A DNA stretch of 64,000 nt from an uncultured Gammaproteobacteria bacterium (GCA_964592785.1 CAZQHU010000001.1:45687-109686); one strand, 5' to 3'. Shown: positions 38,233 through 49,029, counted from the stretch's first letter. Notes: a model not told the origin generated them from the sequence alone. A program made the numbers and translations.

Positions 38233-39507
38233 ATGGATCAGGAAAATAAAATTCAACCGTTAGCAGACAAAATGAGACCGCGTACTTTTAGTGAGTTTTT
38301 TGGTCAGGAGGAAATTGTGGGTGAGGAAAAACTATTACGTAAACTAATCGAGAGCGATCAGTTGTCTAGTTTAATTTTTTGGGGTCCACCCGGTGTGGGT
38401 AAGACTACTTTGGCGCAGATTATTGCTGAGAAAACCAAATCATATTTTGTGGTACTTTCAGCAGTTGATAGTGGTAAAGAGGATTTACGCAAAGTGGTAA
38501 AAGAAGCTAAAGATCGCTTGCATGGATTGGAGCAACAAAAAACAATTTTATTTATTGATGAAATTCATCGTTGGAGTAAGGCCCAACAAGATGCGCTTTT
38601 GCCATTAGTTGAAAGAGGGGATTTGATTTTGATTGGCGCGACGACGGAAAATCCTTCGTTTGAAATTATTGGTCCGCTTTTATCTCGTTCACGAGTGTTT
38701 ATTTTGAAAAAATTAGAAGATAAAGATATTATAAAAATAATTGTTCAGGCTTTAGCAGATAAAGAAAGGGGATTGGGGAATTATAATGTAAAAATAGATA
38801 AAGAGGCTTTGGAACTTTTGGCGGGTTTAGCAGCAGGTGATGCACGAGTGGCGTTGAATGGGTTGGAACTTGCGTTCAAGTCCAAAGTCCAAAAGCCTGC
38901 CCGCCAAGCTGGCATGACAGGCGGGTCCGTAAAGTCTAAAGTTGTGATTGAGGTGGGTGATATTAAAGAATCATTACAAAAGACGCACTTAATCTTTGAC
39001 AAAAAGGGTGAAGAGTTTTACAATCTTATTTCTGCTTTACACAAATCCATGCGGGGGAGTGATACTAATGCTAGTTTATATTGGTTGGCAAGAATGGTAG
39101 AAGGTGGGGCTGATCCACTCTATGTAGCACGCCGGATTTTACGTTTTGCGGCAGAAGATATTGGCGTGGCAGATTCTAGGGCTTTGCTGGTGGCTAATGC
39201 GGCCTATGATGCTTGTCATAAACTGGGATTTCCCGAGTGCAATGTTCACTTGGCCGAAGCTGTGGTTTATTGCGCTCTAGCCAAAAAGTCCAATTTATTA
39301 TACACTGCTTATAACCAAGCGGCGGAAGACGCTAAAAACACTTCACATCTAGGTGTTCCACTACATCTCCGTAATGCACCAACCAAGTTTATGAAAGAGA
39401 TTAGATATTCCAAAGGATACAAGTATACACCAGATTACAAGCCCGAAGATGCAAAACAGGATTACTTGCCGAAGGAGTTGAAAGGAAGAGCGTATTTAAA
39501 AAAATAA
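38233..39507 (+). CDS. rarA: Replication-associated recombination protein A
   Basis: PLADKMRP, GPPGVGKTT, DEIHR, ISALHKSMRGSD. Confidence 0.95.
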   Translation: MDQENKIQPLADKMRPRTFSEFFGQEEIVGEEKLLRKLIESDQLSSLIFWGPPGVGKTTLAQIIAEKTKSYFVVLSAVDSGKEDLRKVVKEAKDRLHGLEQQKTILFIDEIHRWSKAQQDALLPLVERGDLILIGATTENPSFEIIGPLLSRSRVFILKKLEDKDIIKIIVQALADKERGLGNYNVKIDKEALELLAGLAAGDARVALNGLELAFKSKVQKPARQAGMTGGSVKSKVVIEVGDIKESLQKTHLIFDKKGEEFYNLISALHKSMRGSDTNASLYWLARMVEGGADPLYVARRILRFAAEDIGVADSRALLVANAAYDACHKLGFPECNVHLAEAVVYCALAKKSNLLYTAYNQAAEDAKNTSHLGVPLHLRNAPTKFMKEIRYSKGYKYTPDYKPEDAKQDYLPKELKGRAYLKK

Positions 39508-39514
39508 AAGTAAT

Positions 39515-40306
39515 ATGAGAGAAGAAGAAGCTAGAGAAATATTGAAACAAAGAGTTGAAAAGTTAATGTCCAATAGGGCTTTTTTACGTTTTGCCAGAAG
39601 TTTTTTGGTTTATCAAGAAATATATGGCAGTACGGATAGTATTAAGAAGAAAAAAGAAATGAGGCAGAAGATGGGGGATGTTTTTAATGGTATTTTTTTT
39701 GGAACTGTAATAGATAGAGAAGAATTATGTACAAATTTAGCAGAATTTTTCAGAGAGCTTTTTATTGAATGTGAAAAAGGTCAATTTGATACTAAAAAGT
39801 TGGCTGAAAAATTGGCGCTATCCTCGTTTTATGAAAGATTTGATTCAGAATGGAATAGTAAACCAGAAGTTTCTGAACATGATGAACAGATTAATGAATT
39901 GGTACTTTATACAAAACATCCAGATTACCCCATTATGATTCATATAAAGCCAGCTAATCTCGATACTAAGGACTTTGTGCCAAAGTTGGTTGAAGGTTTT
40001 AGAATTATTGCTGGAAAAATGAAGAGTGGGGAGATTGATGAATCTTATAAAGATGTAGTGATGAAGTCTTGGCTTTTGTCTGGAAAGTTTTGGGATGAAA
40101 TCAAAAAAATTTTTGGTGATACGGTCAAAGGCTATCTGTCCTTGGGTAAAGAAGATACCAAACCGGAAGATGTCAATGTTGCTTTGATTTATAATAGAAA
40201 GTCTTTAGAAGAATATTTAAAAAGTGGAGAAGTGCCATTAATTGGGATTATTACGTTGACAAGGGAACAATTTTTAGAAAGGTTTGGTAGTGTAAATCCC
40301 CTCTAG
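39515..40306 (+). CDS. Hypothetical protein
   Basis: 263-aa ORF with host-like composition. Confidence 0.65.
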   Translation: MREEEAREILKQRVEKLMSNRAFLRFARSFLVYQEIYGSTDSIKKKKEMRQKMGDVFNGIFFGTVIDREELCTNLAEFFRELFIECEKGQFDTKKLAEKLALSSFYERFDSEWNSKPEVSEHDEQINELVLYTKHPDYPIMIHIKPANLDTKDFVPKLVEGFRIIAGKMKSGEIDESYKDVVMKSWLLSGKFWDEIKKIFGDTVKGYLSLGKEDTKPEDVNVALIYNRKSLEEYLKSGEVPLIGIITLTREQFLERFGSVNPL

Positions 40307-40730
40307 AGAGGGGTGCCGACCCGCCAATTTGGCGGGGAGGCGGGGTGTGTGACCGTGGTTTGCAAAATTATGCCAGTTATTAACTACCAACAATCATTAA
40401 AACAAAAGGCCCGGGAACTACGCAAACATTCCACACTAGGCGAAGTAATACTCTGGAAATATTTAAAAAATAAACAAATGTTGGGTTTTGACTTTCATCG
40501 TCAAAAATCAATCCACAACTATATTGTAGACTTTTATTGCCCCAAATTAATGTTAGCAATAGAAATAGATGGTTTTGCTAGTCATGATATGAAGTCAGAT
40601 TACGATAAACAGAGACAAGAGTTTTTGGAAAATAAAGGCCAAAAACTTTTAGAAAATTATATCACTAACCAACGGTAACACACCCCGTCTCCGACTGCGA
40701 CGTCGGAGCCACCCCTCTCTAGAGGGGATT
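40295..40730. mobile_element. Inverted-repeat-bounded DUF559 module (candidate small mobile element)
   Basis: aatcccctctagagaggggtg..cggggtgtgt (40295-40350) / acacaccccg..cacccctctctagaggggatt (40678-40730). Confidence 0.55.
40370..40678 (+). CDS. DUF559/Vsr-like endonuclease, C-terminally shortened
   Basis: ARELRK, FHRQ, YIVDFYC, IEIDG; the usual LRF segment is missing. Confidence 0.8.
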   Translation: MPVINYQQSLKQKARELRKHSTLGEVILWKYLKNKQMLGFDFHRQKSIHNYIVDFYCPKLMLAIEIDGFASHDMKSDYDKQRQEFLENKGQKLLENYITNQR

Positions 40731-40737
40731 AATATTT

Positions 40738-41367
40738 ATGAAAAAATTTTTACTCCACACCTGCTGTGCGCCGTGTAGTATCGCCATTATAGATGAACTC
40801 AAAGATAAGTTTGATTTGACAGTCTTTTTTTATAATCCAAATATTTTTCCAGAAGAAGAATATTTGAAGCGCAAGAAATATGTTATTCAAGTTTGTGAAG
40901 AATGGGGTGTGAAGATGATAGATTGGGATTATGAAGTAGAGAAATGGAACGAGACAGTTAAGGGTTTAGAGAATGAACCAGAGGGAGGAGCGCGGTGTGC
41001 GGTGTGTTTCAAAATGCGTTTAGAAAAAACTGCCAAGTATGCCAAAGAAAATAATTTTGATATTTTTTCTACCAGCCTTACTTCTGGGCGAACTAAGCGC
41101 GCAGAAATAATCAACCCTATTGGTCAGTTATTGGCAGATAAATATGGACTTGAATATTTAGCTGAAGATTGGAAAAAAGGTGGACGACCCACCTCCGCTA
41201 CCACCTTCGCTGAAGCTTCGGCGGTCAAGAAAGCTACGGCGGGCAAGCAGGAAAGTAGACAAGAAAAAGCTACTAGGTTGGTTAATGAGCGAGGGATTTA
41301 TCGGCAGAATTATTGTGGATGTAAGTATTCTTTAAAATTGAATTACATAGATAATAATAAAAAATAG
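40738..41367 (+). CDS. queH: Epoxyqueuosine reductase QueH, with nested 60-nt insert
   Basis: HTCCAPCS, FYNPNI, RCAVC, YRQNYCGC. Confidence 0.92.
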   Translation: MKKFLLHTCCAPCSIAIIDELKDKFDLTVFFYNPNIFPEEEYLKRKKYVIQVCEEWGVKMIDWDYEVEKWNETVKGLENEPEGGARCAVCFKMRLEKTAKYAKENNFDIFSTSLTSGRTKRAEIINPIGQLLADKYGLEYLAEDWKKGGRPTSATTFAEASAVKKATAGKQESRQEKATRLVNERGIYRQNYCGCKYSLKLNYIDNNKK

Positions 41368-41423
41368 TTGACAAAGTATCGTTTTTTTGATATAATGATA
41401 TTACTATTATTAATATTCATTGT

Positions 41424-41936
41424 ATGAAAAGTGACTTAGCACTTCAACAATTGTCTGCTTTAATTAAAGAACGTTCCGTTACCATTTGTTCCAAAGAAGA
41501 AATTGATAGTATTTATAGTAAGGACAGATGGCCAAAACCAGGTAGACTTCCAAAAGAAACAAATGATGGAGACGCTGAATTTTATCATAGTGATAAAGGT
41601 GTAGATGGATTTCGTATTTTGTATAAATCGGGTGATGGTAGTATTAAACAGTTTGTTGTAACAGAAAAAGAAATAGAAAGTGGCGCTTTCGATGGAGTAA
41701 AAACAAGTGATGATTTTATATATTTATTATTGGATGCTCAATTTAGATTAACTTTAAATGATGTAGCACGTAATGAACATGGGCCTTTAGATCAAACTAT
41801 CCAGGCTGTTACAGACTATAAACGCGAAAGAGAATTAGCTGAGGCATCTGCAGCTAGACAGCGGGAGGAAAAACTTAAAAAAGAGGAAGAAGCAAGAATA
41901 CTGAAAGAGAGAACAGAAGGTGGTTTCCGTTTTTGA
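41424..41936 (+). CDS. Hypothetical protein
   Basis: 170-aa ORF with TTGACA..TATAAT upstream and a terminator downstream. Confidence 0.65.
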   Translation: MKSDLALQQLSALIKERSVTICSKEEIDSIYSKDRWPKPGRLPKETNDGDAEFYHSDKGVDGFRILYKSGDGSIKQFVVTEKEIESGAFDGVKTSDDFIYLLLDAQFRLTLNDVARNEHGPLDQTIQAVTDYKRERELAEASAARQREEKLKKEEEARILKERTEGGFRF

Positions 41937-42013
41937 TGTGTATTTATATAATATAAAACCGACCAAGTGGTCGGTTTTTTGTTCTTGACATTTTTTATGT
42001 TTATGTTAAGATT

Positions 42014-42224
42014 GTTTGGCTGATGAACCTTGCGTCACGTGTATGGATGGCCTGAGAGCCATAGCACTGATGTGAGTTTTGTTGGCTGGGGGCTGACAGC
42101 GGTCCGATACGGACTGAGTTTTCGACGAAAGTCGACGATTGTGGTCTCGGACCGCTGTCGCCCCTGTTTTGAACGGAGGCTAAGGGGGTGTGTTTTTCTG
42201 TATACACATCCCCCGCGTTCCAAA
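42014..42224 (+). ncRNA. Candidate structured ncRNA C
   Basis: TTGACA..TAAGAT promoter; 13-bp helix 42095-42107/42147-42159, GAAA tetraloop, terminal GGGGGTGTGT hairpin. Confidence 0.55.
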
Positions 42225-42266
42225 TAAATAAATTTTGTTTATTTAGAATGAAAAATAATCCCGATA

Positions 42267-42698
42267 TTATGTCGGGATTATTTTTATCTTTCTTCCTTTG
42301 TCTATGTGTTCAATTTTTATTTTTTTTACTTTCTTTCCTTTCAACAATCTACGCAATTTTTCTGGCCATTCAATAATACAGACCGTATCGGGCGCGCCGA
42401 TGTAGTCTTCGGCACCGATTTCAATTAGTTTTTCTTCATTTTCTAGTCGATATGTATCTATATGGACAAGACTTTTGACTTTAGAGACTTTAAGACTTTT
42501 GACTTCGTACACGTTCATGAGTGAAAAAGTGGGGGAGGTGATATTTTTTTTCACGCCAAAATATTCCGCTATGCCTTTGGTGAGGGTAGTTTTTCCAGCG
42601 CCTAGGTCACCTTCAAGTAATATAACATCACCGCCTTGGAAAGTGGTAGCTATTTTTTTGCCGAGATTGATTGTTTCTTTTTGATTTTTGGTTATCAT
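42267..42698 (-). CDS. tsaE: t6A biosynthesis ATPase TsaE
   Basis: [26 protein letters not shown]. Confidence 0.95.
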   Translation of the reverse strand: MITKNQKETINLGKKIATTFQGGDVILLEGDLGAGKTTLTKGIAEYFGVKKNITSPTFSLMNVYEVKSLKVSKVKSLVHIDTYRLENEEKLIEIGAEDYIGAPDTVCIIEWPEKLRRLLKGKKVKKIKIEHIDKGRKIKIIPT

Positions 42699-43945
42699 GC
42701 AAGTTCAGGATAAAGAGGAAATTTCTTTGTCAGTTCAATAACTTGTGTTTTAATATTTTTTAATTTTTCTTCGTCTTGCCAATTTATAATTGCTTCGTTC
42801 ATCCAGTCAGCAATAATTTCCATTTCTGCTTCTTTCATGCCACGAGTAGTTAGAGCCGGTGTACCAAAGCGAATACCAGATGGGTCCATTGGACTTCGTG
42901 GATCATCTGGGATCATATTTTTATTGAGAGTGATGCCGGCGATATCTAGCGCATCTTGGGCTTGTTTACCAGTTACACCTTTGGAAGAAAAAACATCAAC
43001 CAGAAGTAGATGATTGTCTGTACCACCAAAACAAAGTTTGTAGCCAAATTCATTAAATTTTTTCTCCAGCACTTTGGCATTGGTTTTTATTTGTCGAGCA
43101 TAATCTGCAAAAGCTGGTTCTAGAGCTTCTTTAAAAGCTACAGCTTTGGCAGCAATATTATTTTCATGCGGTCCACCTTGGAGTCCAGGGAAAACAGCTT
43201 TGTCAATTTGTTTGGCAAATTTTTCTTTACACATAATCATTCCACCTCTGGGACCACGCAGAGTTTTGTGAGTAGTAGTAGTGACTACATCAAAGATTGG
43301 CACTGGATTATTCATTTGTTTGCCAGCAATGAGACCACCAATGTGTGAAACATCAGCCATGGTGATCGCTCCTACTTCGTCAGCAATGATTTTTATTTTT
43401 TCATATTCAATCTCGCGTGAATAAGCTGAATAACCAACAAGAATCATTTTTGGTTTGTGTTCTAGTGCCATTTGGCGGAGATTATCCAAATCAATATTAC
43501 CTTCAGCATTGGTTTTGTAGCGGATAAAATTAAAAACTTTGGCCATGTAAGTGACTGGATGGCCGTGAGTTAGGTGCCCACCATGAGAAAGATCCATTCC
43601 AAGAATAGTATCACCAGGTTCGAGAAGTCCGAAATAAACTGCCACATTCATAGGTGCTCCAGAAAGAGGCTGGACATTTACATGTTCGGCTTGAAAAAGC
43701 TCTTTGGCACGGTCGATAGCTAGGCCTTCGGCGACATCAATAAACTGACAACCTCCGTAATAGCGTTTGCCAATATAGCCTTCGGAATATTTATTGGTCA
43801 TTACTGAGCCCAAGGCCTCAAGCACTGCCAGAGAAACAAAGTTTTCACTGGGAATCATTTCAATACCTTCTTCTTGGCGGGCCAGTTCGTTTTTTATTGC
43901 CTCAGCGACTTTTGGGTCAAAGTCTGATAATTTTAGTTTGTTCAT
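42695..43945 (-). CDS. glyA: Serine hydroxymethyltransferase
   Basis: [31 protein letters not shown]. Confidence 0.97.
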   Translation of the reverse strand: MNKLKLSDFDPKVAEAIKNELARQEEGIEMIPSENFVSLAVLEALGSVMTNKYSEGYIGKRYYGGCQFIDVAEGLAIDRAKELFQAEHVNVQPLSGAPMNVAVYFGLLEPGDTILGMDLSHGGHLTHGHPVTYMAKVFNFIRYKTNAEGNIDLDNLRQMALEHKPKMILVGYSAYSREIEYEKIKIIADEVGAITMADVSHIGGLIAGKQMNNPVPIFDVVTTTTHKTLRGPRGGMIMCKEKFAKQIDKAVFPGLQGGPHENNIAAKAVAFKEALEPAFADYARQIKTNAKVLEKKFNEFGYKLCFGGTDNHLLLVDVFSSKGVTGKQAQDALDIAGITLNKNMIPDDPRSPMDPSGIRFGTPALTTRGMKEAEMEIIADWMNEAIINWQDEEKLKNIKTQVIELTKKFPLYPELA

Positions 43946-44085
43946 AATACTTTGTAATTATTGAAATTTAAGTGTTTTTATGGTATCATAATGGGGTACA
44001 ATAATCAAACGTCATTCCTGCGAAGGCAGGAATCTTTCTTTAAATCAAATAAGATTCCCGCTTTCGCGGGAATGACATACAATTT

Positions 44086-44991
44086 ATGACTTGGATATTT
44101 TTTGCTCTAGGAGCTAGATTTCTTTGGTCGTGGACTAATATTGGGGATAGATTTCTTTTGACTAAAAAGATCAAAAATCCTTTGGTTTATTTAGTCGTTG
44201 GTTTTTTGGTTGATATTTTTATTATTCCTTTGTGGTTATTTTTTGGGCTACAATGGTATGGTTGGAATAATTTATTTTTGATTATTTTTCAAGCTATCTT
44301 ATTTTTTTCCGGGACTTTTTTGTATATTTTATCAATCCAGAGGGAAGAAGCTTCACGTGTAAATTTACTTTGGAATATAATGCCACTACATGGGCTTTGG
44401 CTCTCTTGGTTGATTTTGGGAGAAAAATTATCAAACAATCAATTATTAGCTCTCTTAATTTTGTTGATTGCCAGTATTTTGGCTGGTTTGCATGCCGTTG
44501 GTAAAGAAAAATTTAAATTTTCAGTAAGTTTTTGGCTAATGTTGGCGAGCACTTTTCTTTACGTGAGTGCTGATGTAATAACGCGTTATCTAACCCAAAA
44601 TAATATTTCAGCTTTGCATTTGGCTGGTTATCAGTTGTTTATTCTACCTATTTTAGCTGGGTTATTTTTCTTTTTTAAAAATTTCCGTCAGCAATTTTAT
44701 TTAGAAAAAAATAATTATACTTGGAAAATTTTATTGATTCTTGTTGTCATGGCCCTATTTAGTCGTGTGGGTGTATTGTTTAATATGAAAGCTTTGAGCT
44801 ATGGTCACATTGCTCTGGTCAATGTTTTGGAGGGTGCTCAAGCAATTATGGTTTTTTTAATTGCTCTTCTGTTTACTTACTTTGCCCCCAAAATTATTAA
44901 AGAAGAAATTGATCGTAAAAATTTAATATTAAAACTTGTGGCTTTGGTTTTGATGGTGGTGGGCATTGCAGTTTTGAATTTGAATGTGTGA
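44086..44991 (+). CDS. EamA/DMT transporter
   Basis: About 10 TM, LILGEKL. Confidence 0.8.
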   Translation: MTWIFFALGARFLWSWTNIGDRFLLTKKIKNPLVYLVVGFLVDIFIIPLWLFFGLQWYGWNNLFLIIFQAILFFSGTFLYILSIQREEASRVNLLWNIMPLHGLWLSWLILGEKLSNNQLLALLILLIASILAGLHAVGKEKFKFSVSFWLMLASTFLYVSADVITRYLTQNNISALHLAGYQLFILPILAGLFFFFKNFRQQFYLEKNNYTWKILLILVVMALFSRVGVLFNMKALSYGHIALVNVLEGAQAIMVFLIALLFTYFAPKIIKEEIDRKNLILKLVALVLMVVGIAVLNLNV

Positions 44992-45092
44992 TAGTTTATA
45001 AAGCTCATAAAGTCAAAAGTCCATAAAGTAAAAGTATTGATGTTTTATTGTTTAAATGATAAAATGTTTTTACTTTAATAATATCTAAAATT

Positions 45093-45443
45093 ATGCAAGA
45101 CATTCAAGAGATTTGGGCGAGGATTCAAGGCATTAAAAAACAACAAAAAGATTTGCGTGCAGCCTATAAAGAAGCACTCCAGGCATCGCTAGAATATGTG
45201 GAGCTTTCTGACAAACTCAAAACCATGCGCGAGAGAAAGAAACAAATCGAAAATAGCGTGAAAAATGATTTTGCTAGTGAATTTACCAAGTTGGATGATT
45301 TGAAAATAGATTTGGAATCTGATATGACCATGCTTTCTGATTTAGCAATGACCAAATTTATGAAAGGGGAGACAGTGGAAATAAAAGATGAGTATGATAA
45401 TGTTTATGAGCCGGTGTTTAGTGTGAAATTTAAAAAGACTTAG
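45093..45443 (+). CDS. Hypothetical coiled-coil protein
   Basis: 116-aa ORF with host-like composition. Confidence 0.7.
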   Translation: MQDIQEIWARIQGIKKQQKDLRAAYKEALQASLEYVELSDKLKTMRERKKQIENSVKNDFASEFTKLDDLKIDLESDMTMLSDLAMTKFMKGETVEIKDEYDNVYEPVFSVKFKKT

Positions 45444-45631
45444 TCAAGGAATAATGAATAAAGAATAAGGAATAAAAAATGCCCCGTATATTGCGAGGCA
45501 TTTTTATTTAGATTCATCAGTTCCCCAAAATTTTTATTTTTTAAAAACTTTGGGGATATGGAACTGACGAAGAACAAAAGGTACAAGCGAATCAGCCCCA
45601 CATCCCAGCGCGAAAAAACGCAGAGCAGGAG

Positions 45632-45910
45632 CTAGGCATCCAGGCGACCGGCATTGTCCAGGGAGAAGTAGAACCTCACATCGGTCAGGGTGAGGGGGGC
45701 GCTGGGATCCTCGGGGACTTCGTATTCGATGTAGAGAAGTCTTCCGCTGATCTTGGCCTCACAGAGGAACTGCGCCATTCCTCGGCCTTGGAATCGGCAG
45801 ACCCGTTGTGGGCCCACTTCGAAGGTGCAAAATCCTTCGCCGTTCGGCCCGGTGAGAGTGAGCAAGCTCACTCTTGCACTCTTGAACTGCATGGGCATCT
45901 TCCCTGGCAT
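45632..45910 (-). CDS. GC-rich orphan beta-rich protein
   Basis: GAGGA SD; TTGACA-17-TAATGT promoter; 3' hairpins. Confidence 0.6.
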   Translation of the reverse strand: MPGKMPMQFKSARVSLLTLTGPNGEGFCTFEVGPQRVCRFQGRGMAQFLCEAKISGRLLYIEYEVPEDPSAPLTLTDVRFYFSLDNAGRLDA

Positions 45911-45989
45911 TTCGTTTCCTCGTTGTTGAAACCCAAAATAACATTAGCCCAAAAATGTTTTTTTGTCAAGAGTAAACAAAAAAACTGGC

Positions 45990-47642
45990 TTAAACCAGTT
46001 TTTTCGTCATATAGGTTTTTTCTAGTTTGTAGCCAAGTTTTCGATAATAATCTCTTACTCCCACGCCAGAAATTACTGCGATTTTTTGGTATTTATTTTT
46101 CTTGGCGATTTTCTCGGCTTCAGCTACCATTTTTTTTCCCAGGCCTTTGTGTTGACTAGCAGTCTTTTCATCTTTGCCAACGTTGACCAGTTGACCGTAA
46201 GTGTGGAGTTCGCGGATGAAAGCCAAGTTTTCTAAGTTTATTAAGTTTTTTAAGTTGACTAAATTATTTTGATTTGGAAGTCGGAGACGGAGAAAAGCGA
46301 AGACTACCTGTCTTTTGTTGTCTTCAAAAGAGAGAAAATATTCTGTACCACCAGTAGTTTTATATTTTTCTATAAATAGTTTTGGTTCAAGTGTTTTTTT
46401 GTTTTTATGTTTTATTGCTTTTATGTCAATATGCCCAACTTCTCGACAACGGAGACAATGACAGACAAGACCACGTTTGCTCATTTCTTTTTTTAATTCT
46501 TCGCGTAGATTGGTGATAGCGTTGCCAGCTTCGATATCAGGATTGGGGATGTCGCGAATAAGACGAGAAATACGGCAATAGCGTGGCGTGGCAGTCTTCA
46601 TTTTTATGAGAGTTTCAAACAGTTTTTTATCTGAGTAAGGTTTGTATCTCCCGGCTTTATACCATTTATACAATTTTGCTGATTTGATCACTGTACAAGG
46701 ATAAATTTTTATCATATCTGGTTTGAATCCCGGATCAGAAAAAAGTAATTTATACATTTCTAAATCATGTTTTGGAGTGGTTCCTGGTAAATCTGGCATA
46801 AAGTGAAGATCTACTTTAAATCCAGCTTGGCGGAGCAGGAGCATAGCATCTTTGAATTGTTTTACAGTGTGTCCACGATCAACAAGTTTTAGTATTTTAT
46901 CATCCGGGGCTTGGAGACCAAGTTCAATCCTGGTACAGCCCATTTGTCGCATGTGAAAGATTGTTGTGGGATTGACAGCGTCGGGCCGAGTTTCTAGAGT
47001 GAGCCCGATGATGCGGTGTTTGGCTTTTTCATTTTTGCGTTGGGCTTCTCTCAGAGCTCTTTGTAGGGAAGAAAGGGATTCTTCGACTTCGGTCTTCGTC
47101 CTTCGCTCAGGATGACCAAAATCGTTGCATGCACGAAAAGACTCCAATATAAACCAATACTGGTACTTTAGCGGGTAGGCATTCCAAGTTCCACCTTTGA
47201 TAATAAATTCAATTTTGTCAGTTGGATGACCATTTTGTTCTAGCATCATTATGCGACGACGCATTTGTTCATAAGGGTCAAATTTTAGAGCCAAAGCCCG
47301 AGCAGCGGCCGGTTCACTAGATAAATAACTTTTGGGCATTTTTGTTTCAGTAGGACAATAAACACAATCTCCTGGGCAATTGTAGGGCTTAGTCAGGGAA
47401 GTAATGATAGCCACTCCAGAGAGGGTGCGGATCTGGGCTTTACGCAAGAAAAATTCAAACTGCTTGTCATTTTTTAGACTTTTATTTTTTAATAATTTCT
47501 GGTAAGCTAGTAACAGTTTATGATTTGCAGGTTGAGAAATTTTAAGTTTACCACAAATTTTTCGGCGCAGTTCATCAAATTCAACCTTGGATTTAGGCTT
47601 GTGTTCATAAATATAAATAATAATTTTTTCTAAATTATTCAT
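45990..47642 (-). CDS. Elp3-like radical SAM/acetyltransferase tRNA-modifying enzyme
   Basis: CPGDCVYCP, ETRPD, KIYP, RELHTYG, QHKGLG, GVGVRDYY. Confidence 0.92.
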   Translation of the reverse strand: MNNLEKIIIYIYEHKPKSKVEFDELRRKICGKLKISQPANHKLLLAYQKLLKNKSLKNDKQFEFFLRKAQIRTLSGVAIITSLTKPYNCPGDCVYCPTETKMPKSYLSSEPAAARALALKFDPYEQMRRRIMMLEQNGHPTDKIEFIIKGGTWNAYPLKYQYWFILESFRACNDFGHPERRTKTEVEESLSSLQRALREAQRKNEKAKHRIIGLTLETRPDAVNPTTIFHMRQMGCTRIELGLQAPDDKILKLVDRGHTVKQFKDAMLLLRQAGFKVDLHFMPDLPGTTPKHDLEMYKLLFSDPGFKPDMIKIYPCTVIKSAKLYKWYKAGRYKPYSDKKLFETLIKMKTATPRYCRISRLIRDIPNPDIEAGNAITNLREELKKEMSKRGLVCHCLRCREVGHIDIKAIKHKNKKTLEPKLFIEKYKTTGGTEYFLSFEDNKRQVVFAFLRLRLPNQNNLVNLKNLINLENLAFIRELHTYGQLVNVGKDEKTASQHKGLGKKMVAEAEKIAKKNKYQKIAVISGVGVRDYYRKLGYKLEKTYMTKKLV

Positions 47643-47645
47643 GTT

Positions 47646-48329
47646 ATGGATTACATCAAATTAAATAATGAAACTTATAATAAGATTGCTCGTCTTTTTG
47701 ATATGACCCGTCGTTGGCTTTGGGATGATTTGAAGCCTTTGAAAAAATATACCAAAGATGGCTTTCATATTCTTGACCTGGGTTGTGGGTCAGGCCGATT
47801 ATACCATCTTTTTCAAGATTTTCAAGACATTCAATACATTGGTCTTGATCAAAGTGAGGAACAGATAAAAATTGCCAGAGAAAAATTTCCTGGTGTTGAT
47901 TTTCGAATAGGAGAGATGACGACTTTGCCTTTTGCGGATGGCGAGTTTGATGTACTGTATTGTATTGCTACTTTTCATCATTTGCCGGATGAAGAAACAA
48001 GGATAAAATCATTGCGAGAAATGGTTAGAGTGACTAAGCCCGGTTCGTATATTTTGCTTACCAATTGGAATATGTATTCTGAAACAGCTTATAAGCTAGT
48101 TGAAAAAGGAAAGTTCAAAGAAGTTTCCAAAGGTGATTTTTTGATTCCCTGGATGAATTCACAAGGTGAAGTTTTGGGTGAACGATATTATCATGGATTT
48201 ATCACAGAAGAATTGGAAAGATTATTTAAAAAAGTAGGTTTAGAATTAGTAGATCAGTATTATTCTACTAAAGGAGTAGGAAGTAGTAAAACAAACCCCG
48301 GGAATATTGTGAGTATTTTAAGAAGATGA
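47646..48329 (+). CDS. Class I SAM methyltransferase (Trm9-like, next to Elp3)
   Basis: LDLGCGSGR, IATFHHL, RYYHGF. Confidence 0.85.
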   Translation: MDYIKLNNETYNKIARLFDMTRRWLWDDLKPLKKYTKDGFHILDLGCGSGRLYHLFQDFQDIQYIGLDQSEEQIKIAREKFPGVDFRIGEMTTLPFADGEFDVLYCIATFHHLPDEETRIKSLREMVRVTKPGSYILLTNWNMYSETAYKLVEKGKFKEVSKGDFLIPWMNSQGEVLGERYYHGFITEELERLFKKVGLELVDQYYSTKGVGSSKTNPGNIVSILRR

Positions 48330-48330
48330 T

Positions 48331-48497
48331 TTATCCACAGATTTTCTTGAAATCGTAAAAAATCGCTGTTATACTTTAATCAGTATGACTCAACAAATGT
48401 CTTTCAGCATTTATTTTATTAAGAACCTCTGTTAACGGTGGGGCTTTTGTTGCAGTCTACAAATAGAAAGTTAGTCCACCGTAAACGGTGGTTTTTT
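48331..48497 (+). promoter_or_regulatory. DnaA box, promoter and leader-peptide attenuator 1
   Basis: TTATCCACA; TTGAAA-17-TATACT; uORF 48385-48435; acggtgg alternative pairing; terminator 48476-48497. Confidence 0.55.
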
Positions 48498-48566
48498 ATT
48501 TAGTATTCACGCTCAGAATATAGAAATATTTTGATCGGGGATTCTAAATTGATAAAGGAGGGTGGC

Positions 48567-48803
48567 ATGGTTCCAGATGCCGATGTTTACCAAAGGTTCC
48601 AGATCATTCTGGAGAGCAGTCTCACGGGAAAGGTTTACGAGAAGTGGGCGGCGACAAGCTACCTGCCAATCGTGGCTGGAGCAGTGTTGCGACGGGTGGC
48701 TTCTTTTCCTATGGAGGAGGAATCTAACCGCGCAGTGGTGGAGGCTGCACGCAAGTGTCTTTCAGAAGGCGCTGGCAATGAGGTGTCGCCATGCGTTGTC
48801 TGA
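48567..48803 (+). CDS. GC-rich orphan protein (78 aa)
   Basis: TAAAGGAGG SD before ATG 48567. Confidence 0.6.
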   Translation: MVPDADVYQRFQIILESSLTGKVYEKWAATSYLPIVAGAVLRRVASFPMEEESNRAVVEAARKCLSEGAGNEVSPCVV

Positions 48804-48913
48804 AGATGCGAAGGAGGTTTTTGTTCTTTCTTTTTTTACCCGCTGGTTCATGGAGGTAAGCCAAGCGGGGTTCGTCTTAGGCAATAATACTTGTTGTTTA
48901 AGATAAATACTAT

Positions 48914-49029
48914 ATGAAACAAAATACAATAAATTTTTATTTCTTTTATTTTAATTACTACAGGCGGTGTGTTGTTTAGTTTTGTTTAAAAAATAAAAGA
49001 CAACCACTGCCAAGTGGTTGTTTTATTTT
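48914..49029 (+). promoter_or_regulatory. Phe/Tyr-rich leader-peptide attenuator 2
   Basis: uORF MKQNTINFYFFYFNYYRRCVV* (48914-48979); ggcggtg..ttgttt pairs with agacaaccactgcc; terminator 48990-49029. Confidence 0.65.

Noticed and set aside
42019-42135. Hammerhead ribozyme (CTGATGA ... GAAA)
   Set aside because: The GAAA is a tetraloop and stems I-III could not be formed around the core
9994-48339. Replication origin
   Set aside because: DnaA boxes are single and dispersed; no cluster, unwinding element or dnaA gene
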